64,000 nucleotides of DNA from an uncultured Gammaproteobacteria bacterium (GTDB lineage: Bacteria; Pseudomonadota; Gammaproteobacteria; Arenicellales; Poriferihabitantaceae), in contig CAMYNW010000018.1 in NCBI GenBank assembly GCA_947259885.1, positions 77,061-141,060 on the forward strand, in the 5' to 3' direction. This document shows positions 39,329 through 48,366 of this stretch, one piece after another. Position 1 is the stretch's first letter, and every line of letters begins with the position of its first letter. The translations under genes and the position numbers were made by a program. The notes under the pieces are model-generated. The model searched no databases, was not told the DNA's origin, and worked only from the letters and a program-made list of their open reading frames with translations.

Positions 39329-42207
39329 TGTTTTTCTCCCGCGAAATAAGCTAACCACGGCTTTCTCTTTTTGCTGACACCGGGCACTGTTTTCATCTTG
39401 TCAAATTGGGGCAAACTCACATGCTTCCCGTCTTCAGCGGGATAAACCCTCACCTGTACGTCATACCATGCGGCCTGCCCTGTGATCGGATCCGAGTTGG
39501 AGTAAGATTCGTGCTCCGCCGAGGGGAGTTCCTCGGAAATGAGGTGATTGAGCAGAAAACCTTTTTTTGACTCGTCGCTACCAGGAGCCAGGTTCCAGGC
39601 ACCATTGGCTTTACCGATTGCATTCCAGGTCCAGACCGTTCCAGGCTCTACCGCCTCACTGAAGCGGCACATGCATTTGACTTTACCCCACATCGACTCG
39701 ACCCAAATCCAGTCTCCATCGGAAAATTTCTGTTCTTTGCCCACTAAAGGGCTCATATACAAATAGTTATGAGAGTGAATCTGTCTGAGCCACGCATTTT
39801 GCGAGTCCCAGGAATGATACATCGCCATCGGGCGTTGAGTGATTGCTTTTAGTGGGTACTTGCCCTTGTCTGTCATTCGACTCTCTAGCGGCTCATAGTA
39901 GAATGGCAGCGGATCGAAATACGTTTCTATTCGATTGCGTAGTCGATCTGGTGGCTGACGATCACTGGTTTTGCCTTGCGCCGCCAACCGAAACTGTTGC
40001 AGCACTTCGGAGTAAAGGTGCAGATTAATTGCTTCAGCGTAGCGCACCAAACGGTGATCCTGCGCCCACTCCAAGTAACCCATATTCCAGTTTCGCATGT
40101 ACTGATAAGATTTAGGCAAATGGTATTGGTAAACACAGTTATTTTCCCGGTACTTTTCCCATTGGTTTGGATTTGGGCTACCCTTCATGAACTGGTCACC
40201 ATTCTCGCCCCGCCAGCCAGCAAGAAATCCAATACCAGAGCCTGGGTCTGTCTCATAGTTGACAACGAAATCGGGGTAATCCTTGAATTTTCTGCGGCCA
40301 TCCTTGTGAACAAATTTGGGGAAACCAAGACGAGAAGCAAGTTCTATCAATACTTCCTGAAACGGTTTGCACCCTGACGGTGGATCGATAACTGGAATAC
40401 GAACGCTGTCGACCGGACCTTCATATTCGGAGATCGGCCGATCGAGCATGGACATTACATCATGCCGCTCGAGATAGGTTGTGTCAGGCAACACTAGATC
40501 CGCAAATGCCACAGTTTCAGATTGAAAGGTATCGCATACGACAAGGAACGGGATCTTAAACTCCCCATTCTCATCTTTTTCATTCAGCATTTTTCTGATC
40601 TCCACTGTATTCATGGTGGAGTTCCAGGCCATGTTGGCCATAAAAATCATCAAAGTATCGATGTGATAGGGATCGCCCCTGGTAGCATTGGTGATTACGT
40701 TGTGCATCATGCCGTGCACCGCCAGCGGATACTCCCAGGAAAAAGCCTTGTCGATCCTCACCGGCTCGCCATTTTCATCGACGAACAAATCGTCGGGTTC
40801 AGCCGGCCACCCGAGCGGCATATCCCCAAGCGGTGTGCCCGGCCGCACCGCAGACGGATCATTAGGTGTTTTAGCACAAGGTGGTATCGGCCTTGGAAAC
40901 GGTGCTTTATGCCGAAAACCACCCGGTCGATCAATTGTTCCAAGCACAGTCATCAAAATCGATAGTGCCCGAATAGTCTGAAATCCATTTGAATGCGCCG
41001 CCAATCCTCGCATGGCGTGAAACGCAACTGGGTTACCGGTGACCGAATCGTGCTCTCGACCCCATACGTCAGTCCACGATATAGGCAGCTCAATTTTTTG
41101 ATCCCTCGCCGTTACTCCCATTTCATGGGCCAGCCTTCTAATTGTATCTGCAGGGACACCGGTGACGGACTCTGCCCACTCTGGAGTATATTGGCGCAAC
41201 CTTTCCACCAACAACTGAAATGCCGTCTTCACCGGCGTCCCGTCAGCGAGGGTGTAATGGCCTAGAAGCTTGGGATCCGCCTCCTCTGATCGTGCCAGCA
41301 GTGCGCGATTAAGGTTGCGATCCCACCATAGTTTATTGGGTGGATCGAAACAGCCTTCGTCAACCGGAACTTCAGCCCGAACGAACATACCAAACTCGTT
41401 ACTGTCTTCATCCTGATTGACGAGTTCCGCCGCGTTTGTGTACTGAATCAAGAAATCTCGATCATAGAGACCATGCAGGATAAGCTCATGGTTGAGCGCG
41501 AGCAGCAATGCACCGTCTGAACCGGGCTTAATTGGCACCCACTCGTCAGCGATAGCGGAATAACCTGTGCGGACAGGATTAATCGAAACAAAACGACCGC
41601 CACTTCGTTTGAATTTAGCTATCGCCATCTTAAGAGGATTAGAATGATGGTCTTCCGCTGTGCCAATCATGACAAACAAGCGCGCTCTCTCCAGATCAGG
41701 TCCGCCGAACTCCCAGAACGACCCACCAATACTGTAGATCATGCCCGCAGCCATGTTCACGGAACAAAAACCACCATGCGCAGCGTAATTGGGTGTACCA
41801 AACTGCTTGGCAAACAAACCTGTCAAGGCCTGCATCTGGTCACGGCCAGTAAACAATGCAAATTTTTTCGGATCGGTTTCTCTAATCTTCGCCAGGCGGC
41901 GTTCCAGAATTGAAAATGCGCTATCCCAACTAATTTCCTCAAATTCAGCCGCACCTCGATCACTTCCTTTTTTCCTGAGCAGCGGCTTAGTCAATCGGGC
42001 AGGGGAATGTTGCTTCATGATTCCGGAAGCACCCTTTGCGCAGATAACACCTTTGTTTAGGGGGTGATCCGGGTTTCCTTCAATGTAGCGAACTTCTCCC
42101 TGTCTTAACGTTACCCGTATCCCACACCTGCAGGCGCACATGTAACAGGTCGTGTTTTTGACCTCGTCACCGCCTGTTTTGACATTAACGCCAAGGGATT
42201 CGTTCAT
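39325..42207 (-). CDS. soeA: Molybdopterin (bis-MGD) oxidoreductase catalytic subunit without Tat signal; SoeA-like putative sulfite dehydrogenase
   Basis: 960 aa. The N-terminus MNESLGVNVKTGG has no twin-arginine leader. CYMCACRCG...(27 aa)...C gives a C-X2-C-X3-C-X27-C cluster motif. Generic family assignment is high confidence; the SoeA assignment is by architecture only. Confidence 0.6.
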   Translation of the reverse strand: MNESLGVNVKTGGDEVKNTTCYMCACRCGIRVTLRQGEVRYIEGNPDHPLNKGVICAKGASGIMKQHSPARLTKPLLRKKGSDRGAAEFEEISWDSAFSILERRLAKIRETDPKKFALFTGRDQMQALTGLFAKQFGTPNYAAHGGFCSVNMAAGMIYSIGGSFWEFGGPDLERARLFVMIGTAEDHHSNPLKMAIAKFKRSGGRFVSINPVRTGYSAIADEWVPIKPGSDGALLLALNHELILHGLYDRDFLIQYTNAAELVNQDEDSNEFGMFVRAEVPVDEGCFDPPNKLWWDRNLNRALLARSEEADPKLLGHYTLADGTPVKTAFQLLVERLRQYTPEWAESVTGVPADTIRRLAHEMGVTARDQKIELPISWTDVWGREHDSVTGNPVAFHAMRGLAAHSNGFQTIRALSILMTVLGTIDRPGGFRHKAPFPRPIPPCAKTPNDPSAVRPGTPLGDMPLGWPAEPDDLFVDENGEPVRIDKAFSWEYPLAVHGMMHNVITNATRGDPYHIDTLMIFMANMAWNSTMNTVEIRKMLNEKDENGEFKIPFLVVCDTFQSETVAFADLVLPDTTYLERHDVMSMLDRPISEYEGPVDSVRIPVIDPPSGCKPFQEVLIELASRLGFPKFVHKDGRRKFKDYPDFVVNYETDPGSGIGFLAGWRGENGDQFMKGSPNPNQWEKYRENNCVYQYHLPKSYQYMRNWNMGYLEWAQDHRLVRYAEAINLHLYSEVLQQFRLAAQGKTSDRQPPDRLRNRIETYFDPLPFYYEPLESRMTDKGKYPLKAITQRPMAMYHSWDSQNAWLRQIHSHNYLYMSPLVGKEQKFSDGDWIWVESMWGKVKCMCRFSEAVEPGTVWTWNAIGKANGAWNLAPGSDESKKGFLLNHLISEELPSAEHESYSNSDPITGQAAWYDVQVRVYPAEDGKHVSLPQFDKMKTVPGVSKKRKPWLAYFAGEKQ

Positions 42208-42312
42208 AGTAACGTTCGGAGAATTAGAGAGGTCATATTAGTATTGCAGCTTGCCGTGTATATTTCGATTATGGCGGATATCTGCCAGACCACAAGTCGA
42301 CATATCTGATTA

Positions 42313-42343
42313 CCCTATAAGCGCCGCAAATACACTTATAGGG
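42313..42343. repeat. Inverted repeat CCCTATAAG-N13-CTTATAGGG in the soeA upstream region
   Basis: 9-bp perfect arms read directly from the sequence. It lies about 105-135 nt upstream of the soeA ATG, in the 396-bp divergent intergenic region. Confidence 0.5.
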
Positions 42344-42603
42344 AGATAAACCTAATCTGATCAGAATACCAGTGGCATTCCCAATAGCGCAAAGCTGGCT
42401 TAATCATTACATCGGATTAGCGGGCTGATAATAGGTATTGTGACAATCTTAAAACTGATACGTGCACCACCAAAGATACCTTAGAATATAGAAGGTATTT
42501 AGCTAGATTATTTTGTCTCACATAAACAAAGCATATACTAGATTCAGGCATTAATGTTCTGAGAGTGGCACTAAGCGCTTTTTCCATTAGGTACCAAGAA
42601 GCC

Positions 42604-43380
42604 ATGAAAACAACCCTTAAAATACTACTGGGCGTCATGATAGTGGTTGTTGTCGGAATTGGATCAGTTTTTTACTTTACCAAAGATATGGTGGACGCCA
42701 GCGACGGATTCTTTACTGCTATTAAAAACAAGGATCTCGATAAGGCTTACTCGTGGCTCTCAGAAGACTTCAAGACCAGTACTTCTATTGCAGACCTAAA
42801 ATATTTCGTTGAAATAAACGGACTCGGTAACTATCAACAGGCGAGTTGGAGTTCGCGATCGATCGAAGTCGGACAAGGTGAAATTTCCGGTTCGGTAATT
42901 ACTGAGTCCGGTAATGCCGTGCCGTTAACAGTGAAATTTGTGAAAGGAAAAGACGGTTGGAAGATCTACTCCATACGCAAGCCATCAGCTGGATTGCAGT
43001 CAAACACTAATGCAGTCCGTATGCCTGATGAAAGAGAGGCTGTCAGTTTGATCCGAGAGAGCATCAGTCATTTTGCTCTGTCAGTAAATCAAAAAAGTAT
43101 GCAGGCCTTTCACGACCATATTGCCAGCATCTGGCAACAGCAATTTTCTGTAGATGACCTCGACCACGCATACAAAGCTTTCTACGATGCCAATATAGAT
43201 TTGACAGTGCTGGATGAATTGACTCCGCAATTCACCATTAGCCCTGAGCTCGACCAAAACGGAGTGCTTTTAATCACGGGGCTATATCCTACTCGACCAA
43301 GTCAAGTAAATTTTGAGCAAAAATACGTCTATGAGGGACTGAGCTGGAAGCTGGTGGGTTTCAGCGCTAACATTAAATAA
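42604..43380 (+). CDS. Hypothetical membrane-anchored protein with two NTF2/DUF4864-like halves
   Basis: MKTTLKILLGVMIVVVVGIGSVFYF is an N-terminal anchor. Two similar-length soluble halves each end in a G(W/L)(K)xxxF/I motif (DGWKIYSI; LSWKLVGF). No family recognised with certainty. Confidence 0.5.
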   Translation: MKTTLKILLGVMIVVVVGIGSVFYFTKDMVDASDGFFTAIKNKDLDKAYSWLSEDFKTSTSIADLKYFVEINGLGNYQQASWSSRSIEVGQGEISGSVITESGNAVPLTVKFVKGKDGWKIYSIRKPSAGLQSNTNAVRMPDEREAVSLIRESISHFALSVNQKSMQAFHDHIASIWQQQFSVDDLDHAYKAFYDANIDLTVLDELTPQFTISPELDQNGVLLITGLYPTRPSQVNFEQKYVYEGLSWKLVGFSANIK

Positions 43381-43399
43381 TTCAATCAAGATAGTAATC

Positions 43400-44785
43400 A
43401 TGTCCACAAAACTCACTCAAAACCTGCAACACAACGATAACTTATTTCTGCATCCGTGGGAGAGTATCGATGCGGTTGGACGCAACAAACGTACCGTGGT
43501 CACTGAAGGAGACGGCATTTACATAACGGATTCTGACGGAAATCGATTACTCGATGGCCCAGCCGGCATGTGGTGCGTAAACATCGGTCATCGCCGCTCT
43601 GAGATGGCTAAAGCTATATCGGACCAAATCATGGAACTCACCTATGTCAGCCCATGGAGCCTCACCAATGCACCCGCCTCACTGCTTGCGGATAAACTGG
43701 CATCGCTATCCCCCGGGGACCTCAATCACGTTTTTTATACCACTGGCGGCTCGACCGCTGTTGACTCGGCATTGAGGTTCGTCATGTTTCGGAACAACGT
43801 GCTCAAACGCCCAAACAAAAAACACATCATTGCGCGGAATAATGGCTATCACGGCAGCACTTATCTCGCCGCATCTGCTTCCGGAAAGAGTCGAGATAAA
43901 AACTTTTTGGACTTTAAGAAAGATACGTTTCATCACATTTCGGACCCCAATATGCTCGACAAGCCGAATGGCATGACCGAACTACAGTGGTGCGGGCTAA
44001 AGGTAGACGAACTGGAGAGTAAAATTATGGAGATCGGAACAGACAATGTCGCCGCATTCATTGCCGAGCCAATATTGGCATCAGGAGGGGTTATTCTTGC
44101 ACCAGAGGGATATCATGCGGGTTGTCTGGCAGTATGTCACAAACATGACGTGCTCTATATTTCAGATGAGGTCGTCACAGCTTTTGGTCGACTAGGGCAC
44201 TTCTTTGCGTCGGAAGCAGTGTTTGGTATTCAACCCGATATTATTACCTGCGCCAAAGGAATCACTTCCGGATACGTTCCGCTTGGCGCATTCCTTGTAT
44301 CGGACAAACTGCTTAAAACAGTCCAGAAAGAAGACTCTGGTGCATACTTCTCAAATGGATTCACTTACTCGGGGCACCCGGTGGCCTGTGCAGCGGCATT
44401 AAAAAATATAGAAATTATGGAACGGGAAAAATTAATGGAACATGTACAGGAAGTAGCGCCCTACTTTCAATCGCGATTAAAAACGCTTCTGGAACACCCT
44501 ATTGTAACGAATGTGCGGGGGATCGGGCTGATGGCCTGCGTCGAATGCGATATAAATAAAGGTCGAGAGAAGAAGCTGGTTTTAGACTATGAGATTGGTA
44601 ACCGTATCGATAAACACTGCCAAGCTTTAGGGCTGTTGGTCAGACCTATAATCAATATGTGCGTGATGTCGCCACCGTTAATTATCACGCACGAACAAAT
44701 TGATGAGCTGGTTGAAAAACTGGGTAAAGGTATTGAACTCGCCGCCAGGGAAGTTGAACAAGAAGGACTTTGGAAGAGCAGCTAG
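43400..44785 (+). CDS. Class III (omega) aminotransferase, putrescine/beta-alanine-pyruvate aminotransferase-like
   Basis: 461 aa. GGSTAVDSA, ISDEVVTAFGRLG and the PLP-lysine region CAKGITSGYVPLGA. Confidence 0.85.
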   Translation: MSTKLTQNLQHNDNLFLHPWESIDAVGRNKRTVVTEGDGIYITDSDGNRLLDGPAGMWCVNIGHRRSEMAKAISDQIMELTYVSPWSLTNAPASLLADKLASLSPGDLNHVFYTTGGSTAVDSALRFVMFRNNVLKRPNKKHIIARNNGYHGSTYLAASASGKSRDKNFLDFKKDTFHHISDPNMLDKPNGMTELQWCGLKVDELESKIMEIGTDNVAAFIAEPILASGGVILAPEGYHAGCLAVCHKHDVLYISDEVVTAFGRLGHFFASEAVFGIQPDIITCAKGITSGYVPLGAFLVSDKLLKTVQKEDSGAYFSNGFTYSGHPVACAAALKNIEIMEREKLMEHVQEVAPYFQSRLKTLLEHPIVTNVRGIGLMACVECDINKGREKKLVLDYEIGNRIDKHCQALGLLVRPIINMCVMSPPLIITHEQIDELVEKLGKGIELAAREVEQEGLWKSS

Positions 44786-44816
44786 AACAATAGTGAGACC
44801 TTAAAGTCTGATACTG

Positions 44817-46025
44817 GTGCCGGACCGGAAATATAAAAAAGAAAAAACCTTTATTGGGTTCCTGCTTATACTTATGCTCGCAGGAAATGGATTTAGTGAA
44901 GACGCAATTGAAAAAAGCAATGAACCCGACATCAAGCAATCTTGTGTTGGATTACCAGAAAAATCAATTGTCAATGCAATTCTCAATCAGGAGTATGACT
45001 TTGCGGAACGGCTGATAAATGACCTCAATCTCGGGCAGGCAATCATTCCATCCACATCGTTTTATCGTGCTCTGGGAGTCTGGCATCGCGGCTACCAACA
45101 AGCCGATGCGGCGATTAAGAAAAAGGGTATATTTTCTCTACGCCGGTCCATTAAAGATCTGCATAAAAAACCGACATCAGATTCTCTTAATCCTCGCGAT
45201 TTACTTGCCTTAGGTATCAGCAAGGGCCACACCGCGAGAGCACTTCTTGAGAACGAGCAGTATTTAGCCGGATACGAAATGGGCATGGAAGCCAGACAAC
45301 ACATTCTAGATTTTCGCAGCGTGTCAAGTGAAACAGATATTGGTTACGCCGACACCGAACTTCTTCTTGGGCTTTTTGAGGTCTATACCCATGATCTATT
45401 AAACACCAATAAATGGCTTAAAGGCAGAATGAGCCATCGTGGCAACAGGGAAAAAGGTATCGACTTGATTGAAAACGCGGTTATCGGGGATAGCATATTT
45501 GCGGTCGAAGCAATGCGCGCATTACTTGCAGAAGTATCCTGGCGCACCCCGGAATTTTGCAAGTATACGGAAGCAATTGATTACATTGGCAGCGAATTTC
45601 CACGAAATCACGATTTCGCAGTGTTGAGGCAGGGGTTGCTTCTTAAATGCGGTCGATTGGAAATGGCACGAAGTGCTAACCAAGCATATGTTGAGCAATC
45701 TGCTAAAGACAACATACTGGAAGACCAGATTGAAAAAGCCCGCTTTCGAATACTTGCTGATTCAGGTGATTACCAGACACTGATGACACTAAGCACTAAT
45801 GATAATCTCGATCCTTACCGTCAACTTGCCGTTGCAAACGCTTTGGACGTTGCTGACCAGAGGCAGCAAGCTTATGAACTCTATCGAAGTCTGTACCGAT
45901 CAGAAGTAAACCCCGCTGCAGTGAAGAACGTCGCCAAAGTGAGATTACGTTTCCCCTACCGCTCACCCCCTAGAATAATGGTACCGCAATTCAAAGTCAG
46001 GGGCATTGCCGCCAATGATTGTTAG
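44817..46025 (+). CDS. Hypothetical secreted, all-helical (TPR-like?) protein
   Basis: 402-aa ORF starting at a GTG. The N-terminus KKEKTFIGFLLILMLAGNGFSE is signal-peptide-like. No family recognised. Confidence 0.45.
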   Translation: MPDRKYKKEKTFIGFLLILMLAGNGFSEDAIEKSNEPDIKQSCVGLPEKSIVNAILNQEYDFAERLINDLNLGQAIIPSTSFYRALGVWHRGYQQADAAIKKKGIFSLRRSIKDLHKKPTSDSLNPRDLLALGISKGHTARALLENEQYLAGYEMGMEARQHILDFRSVSSETDIGYADTELLLGLFEVYTHDLLNTNKWLKGRMSHRGNREKGIDLIENAVIGDSIFAVEAMRALLAEVSWRTPEFCKYTEAIDYIGSEFPRNHDFAVLRQGLLLKCGRLEMARSANQAYVEQSAKDNILEDQIEKARFRILADSGDYQTLMTLSTNDNLDPYRQLAVANALDVADQRQQAYELYRSLYRSEVNPAAVKNVAKVRLRFPYRSPPRIMVPQFKVRGIAANDC

Positions 46026-46119
46026 TTGATTTCACTATTGAACAGATCGATTCAGGGTTGATAAAATTTGAAAGCCTAATATAATGGCCACAGGTAAAGG
46101 AATACCGACACATTAAAAC

Positions 46120-46590
46120 ATGGAATTAAACATGGATATATTCAAGCAGAAAGGATACTTGCTTATAGAAGTCATGGTGACTATCTCACTCCTGGCAATC
46201 GGCATCACTGGCTATACTTCCGCCCAGATAAAAGCGTTGCGATTAAATCTTGACGCTCAAACCAACAGCAACATTACCTTAGCAAACGCGGCAATTTTGG
46301 ACCAATTTCGATTGCATCCGGAGCTAGCCGCAAGCGGTGCTTTCAATGTTCGAATCAAATCTGACTCATCATATGACACACAACAATCTATTATCGCAGA
46401 GCTAGACGACATCATCGCAGCACTTTCTTCGACAGGGACTGAGGCCTGGATTGACATCTCTTGTGACGCAGAAACAATGACTATATGCGAGATTTGTTTT
46501 GAGAATATGGAACAGATTCCGCAGGCTTCTAACGAGACAGAGCATAGTAACCGTGGATCGATTGCCTGCAGTCGCCAAATAATCATGTAA
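46120..46590 (+). CDS. pilV: Type IV pilus minor pilin PilV
   Basis: Prepilin-type N-terminus KQKGYLLIEVMVTISLLAIGITG (Gly, then +5 Glu, then a hydrophobic helix). 156 aa, first gene of the pilVWXY1E order. The start may be 46120 or 46132. Confidence 0.7.
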   Translation: MELNMDIFKQKGYLLIEVMVTISLLAIGITGYTSAQIKALRLNLDAQTNSNITLANAAILDQFRLHPELAASGAFNVRIKSDSSYDTQQSIIAELDDIIAALSSTGTEAWIDISCDAETMTICEICFENMEQIPQASNETEHSNRGSIACSRQIIM

Positions 46591-46609
46591 CGAAAAGGAG
46601 CAATCCAAC

Positions 46610-47881
46610 ATGCTGACACGGAAGTCGCATAAAACCTTTTGTAGAATCGCTGGCACCTCTCTGATCGAACTTATGATCGGTCAGGCACTCGGATTAATCG
46701 TAATTGCTGCCGCACTCAGTCTGGCTGCACCTGCAATTTCTGGTTTTGCCACCAGTAATTCTATTTCGAAGATTCAGGAATCTGGCCGCATCGCACTAGG
46801 TGAACTGGATCACGCCATTAGGCAGTCCGGATACCGCGGGTGCAATCCCAATGCCAGCCGTTCTAATGCAGTGGATTCAAACCATCCAGCGATCCCAGAA
46901 ACTCTAGCAACCTGGGCATACGGAGATTACTCAATTCGCGGCTTCAATGCCAATGAGCTGGATACTATTGATTCGGTTCTTGGCAGAGTTTGGCAAACCA
47001 GGCGCCTGCAGCAGGCAGACCAGTTTATCGGTGACCTGATAATGATTCGCGGCACCGGAGGTTTGGAGCTTGACATTGTCTATCATGACAATCATGCACA
47101 AACCATCAGTTTCAAAGGTGACATCACGGATCAGTTGTTCATGGGGCAACTGCTTGAATTAAACGATTGTTTACAAGCCACAACTTTGCAAATCGATCGT
47201 CACAAAAATCCTGTATACGATGACTCGAGAGATGTCACCATAGTTCAGTATGGGCCAGATACAACCGTCAACTGTGTTGCGATAAACACAGATACAGATG
47301 GTTATTTTGCAGAAGGTGACAGAGTTTTGCTCGGTGGTGACGAACGGGCGTCGTGCACTAGCGAGACTACTCGAGGATATTTTTCAGACTATCAGTTTCT
47401 CTCTGGCACAAAGGCACACCTGGTTACTCACAACCTCTACTATATAGGATCAAAAGATGAATCGGGAAACAGTTACTTATACCGGACTGGACCCGCCAAA
47501 AATAGCACCCGGATTTACACCGAGGCTATCGTAGAGGGCGTAGAGAATCTTCGACTGCTTTATGGTGTCGACCTTGATTTAAATGGCACTCCGGATCAGT
47601 ACCTAAGTGCAGGTGAGATCAATAGTAATCGGGAAACCTGGTCAAGGTTGGTCAGTGTAAGAGCTTGGCTGATGTTGAGTATTCCGACCGGATACGAACA
47701 ATCAACACGGGGACCATCTGTTTCTTTTCCGAACCACGCAGGTGAAATGATTTCATGCGAGCAGACACCTCAAGTGGGGCCAGAGATATGTCCGTACTCG
47801 TCTCCTAATGAAGAAAACAAGAAGTTTTATACGCGCCGCGTAGTGCAAAAAGAAATCTATCTCAGGAATGCAGCTTTATGA
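46610..47881 (+). CDS. pilW: Type IV pilus assembly protein/minor pilin PilW
   Basis: N-terminus RIAGTSLIELMIGQALGLIVIAAAL (prepilin-like with Glu5). Position matches the operon order. 4-nt overlap with pilX. Confidence 0.7.
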   Translation: MLTRKSHKTFCRIAGTSLIELMIGQALGLIVIAAALSLAAPAISGFATSNSISKIQESGRIALGELDHAIRQSGYRGCNPNASRSNAVDSNHPAIPETLATWAYGDYSIRGFNANELDTIDSVLGRVWQTRRLQQADQFIGDLIMIRGTGGLELDIVYHDNHAQTISFKGDITDQLFMGQLLELNDCLQATTLQIDRHKNPVYDDSRDVTIVQYGPDTTVNCVAINTDTDGYFAEGDRVLLGGDERASCTSETTRGYFSDYQFLSGTKAHLVTHNLYYIGSKDESGNSYLYRTGPAKNSTRIYTEAIVEGVENLRLLYGVDLDLNGTPDQYLSAGEINSNRETWSRLVSVRAWLMLSIPTGYEQSTRGPSVSFPNHAGEMISCEQTPQVGPEICPYSSPNEENKKFYTRRVVQKEIYLRNAAL

Positions 47882-48366
47882 AACACCACAATCTTTACAA
47901 GACAGCGCAGGGAAGTACATTGATAACCGGTTTGCTTGTTGTTTTACTTACGGCTGTGCTCTCAATCGCCGGACTAAAAGATGCACTGCTTGAAGCGCAT
48001 ATCGCAAGAAATTATCGTCAGCACGATTTAATGTTCCAACAGACCGAAAGCGCCCTTCGTCATGCGGAAACTTTTCTAATACCAGCAAAATCGGACAACG
48101 ATATTTCCTTGGTCCGCACCGAGTCTAGTCTGCATCACACTATACCCTTTAACCCGTTTGAAACCGATAGGTCAAACACAGGATCATTTACCCCTTCCAC
48201 AGTCAGGATTTCATCGATCAACATACCTGGCAGCAAAGTACGCGGAAAAGGCCGACAGAATAAACATGCCAGCAGACGTTTTTATCGCATTGACGCCACA
48301 ACATTAGCTGATTTTGGTGGCCAGGGCACTCAATTGAGAAGCATAGTCGCCAGGGGGACCCAATGA
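47878..48366 (+). CDS. pilX: Type IV pilus minor pilin PilX
   Basis: QGSTLITGLLVVLLTAVLSIAGLKDALLEAHIARNY...TESALRHAE resembles the PilX N-terminal domain, which has no Glu5. 4-nt overlaps on both sides. Confidence 0.6.
   Translation: MKHHNLYKTAQGSTLITGLLVVLLTAVLSIAGLKDALLEAHIARNYRQHDLMFQQTESALRHAETFLIPAKSDNDISLVRTESSLHHTIPFNPFETDRSNTGSFTPSTVRISSINIPGSKVRGKGRQNKHASRRFYRIDATTLADFGGQGTQLRSIVARGTQ

Noticed and set aside
42208-42603. Possible Moco or cobalamin riboswitch upstream of the molybdoenzyme gene. GGGAATGCCACTGG and CTCCGAAC-like strings occur on the minus strand.
   Set aside because: The fragments are adjacent or too close to the ATG, so they do not have the spacing or order of either riboswitch consensus as I remember it. 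Only an Rfam scan could settle this.
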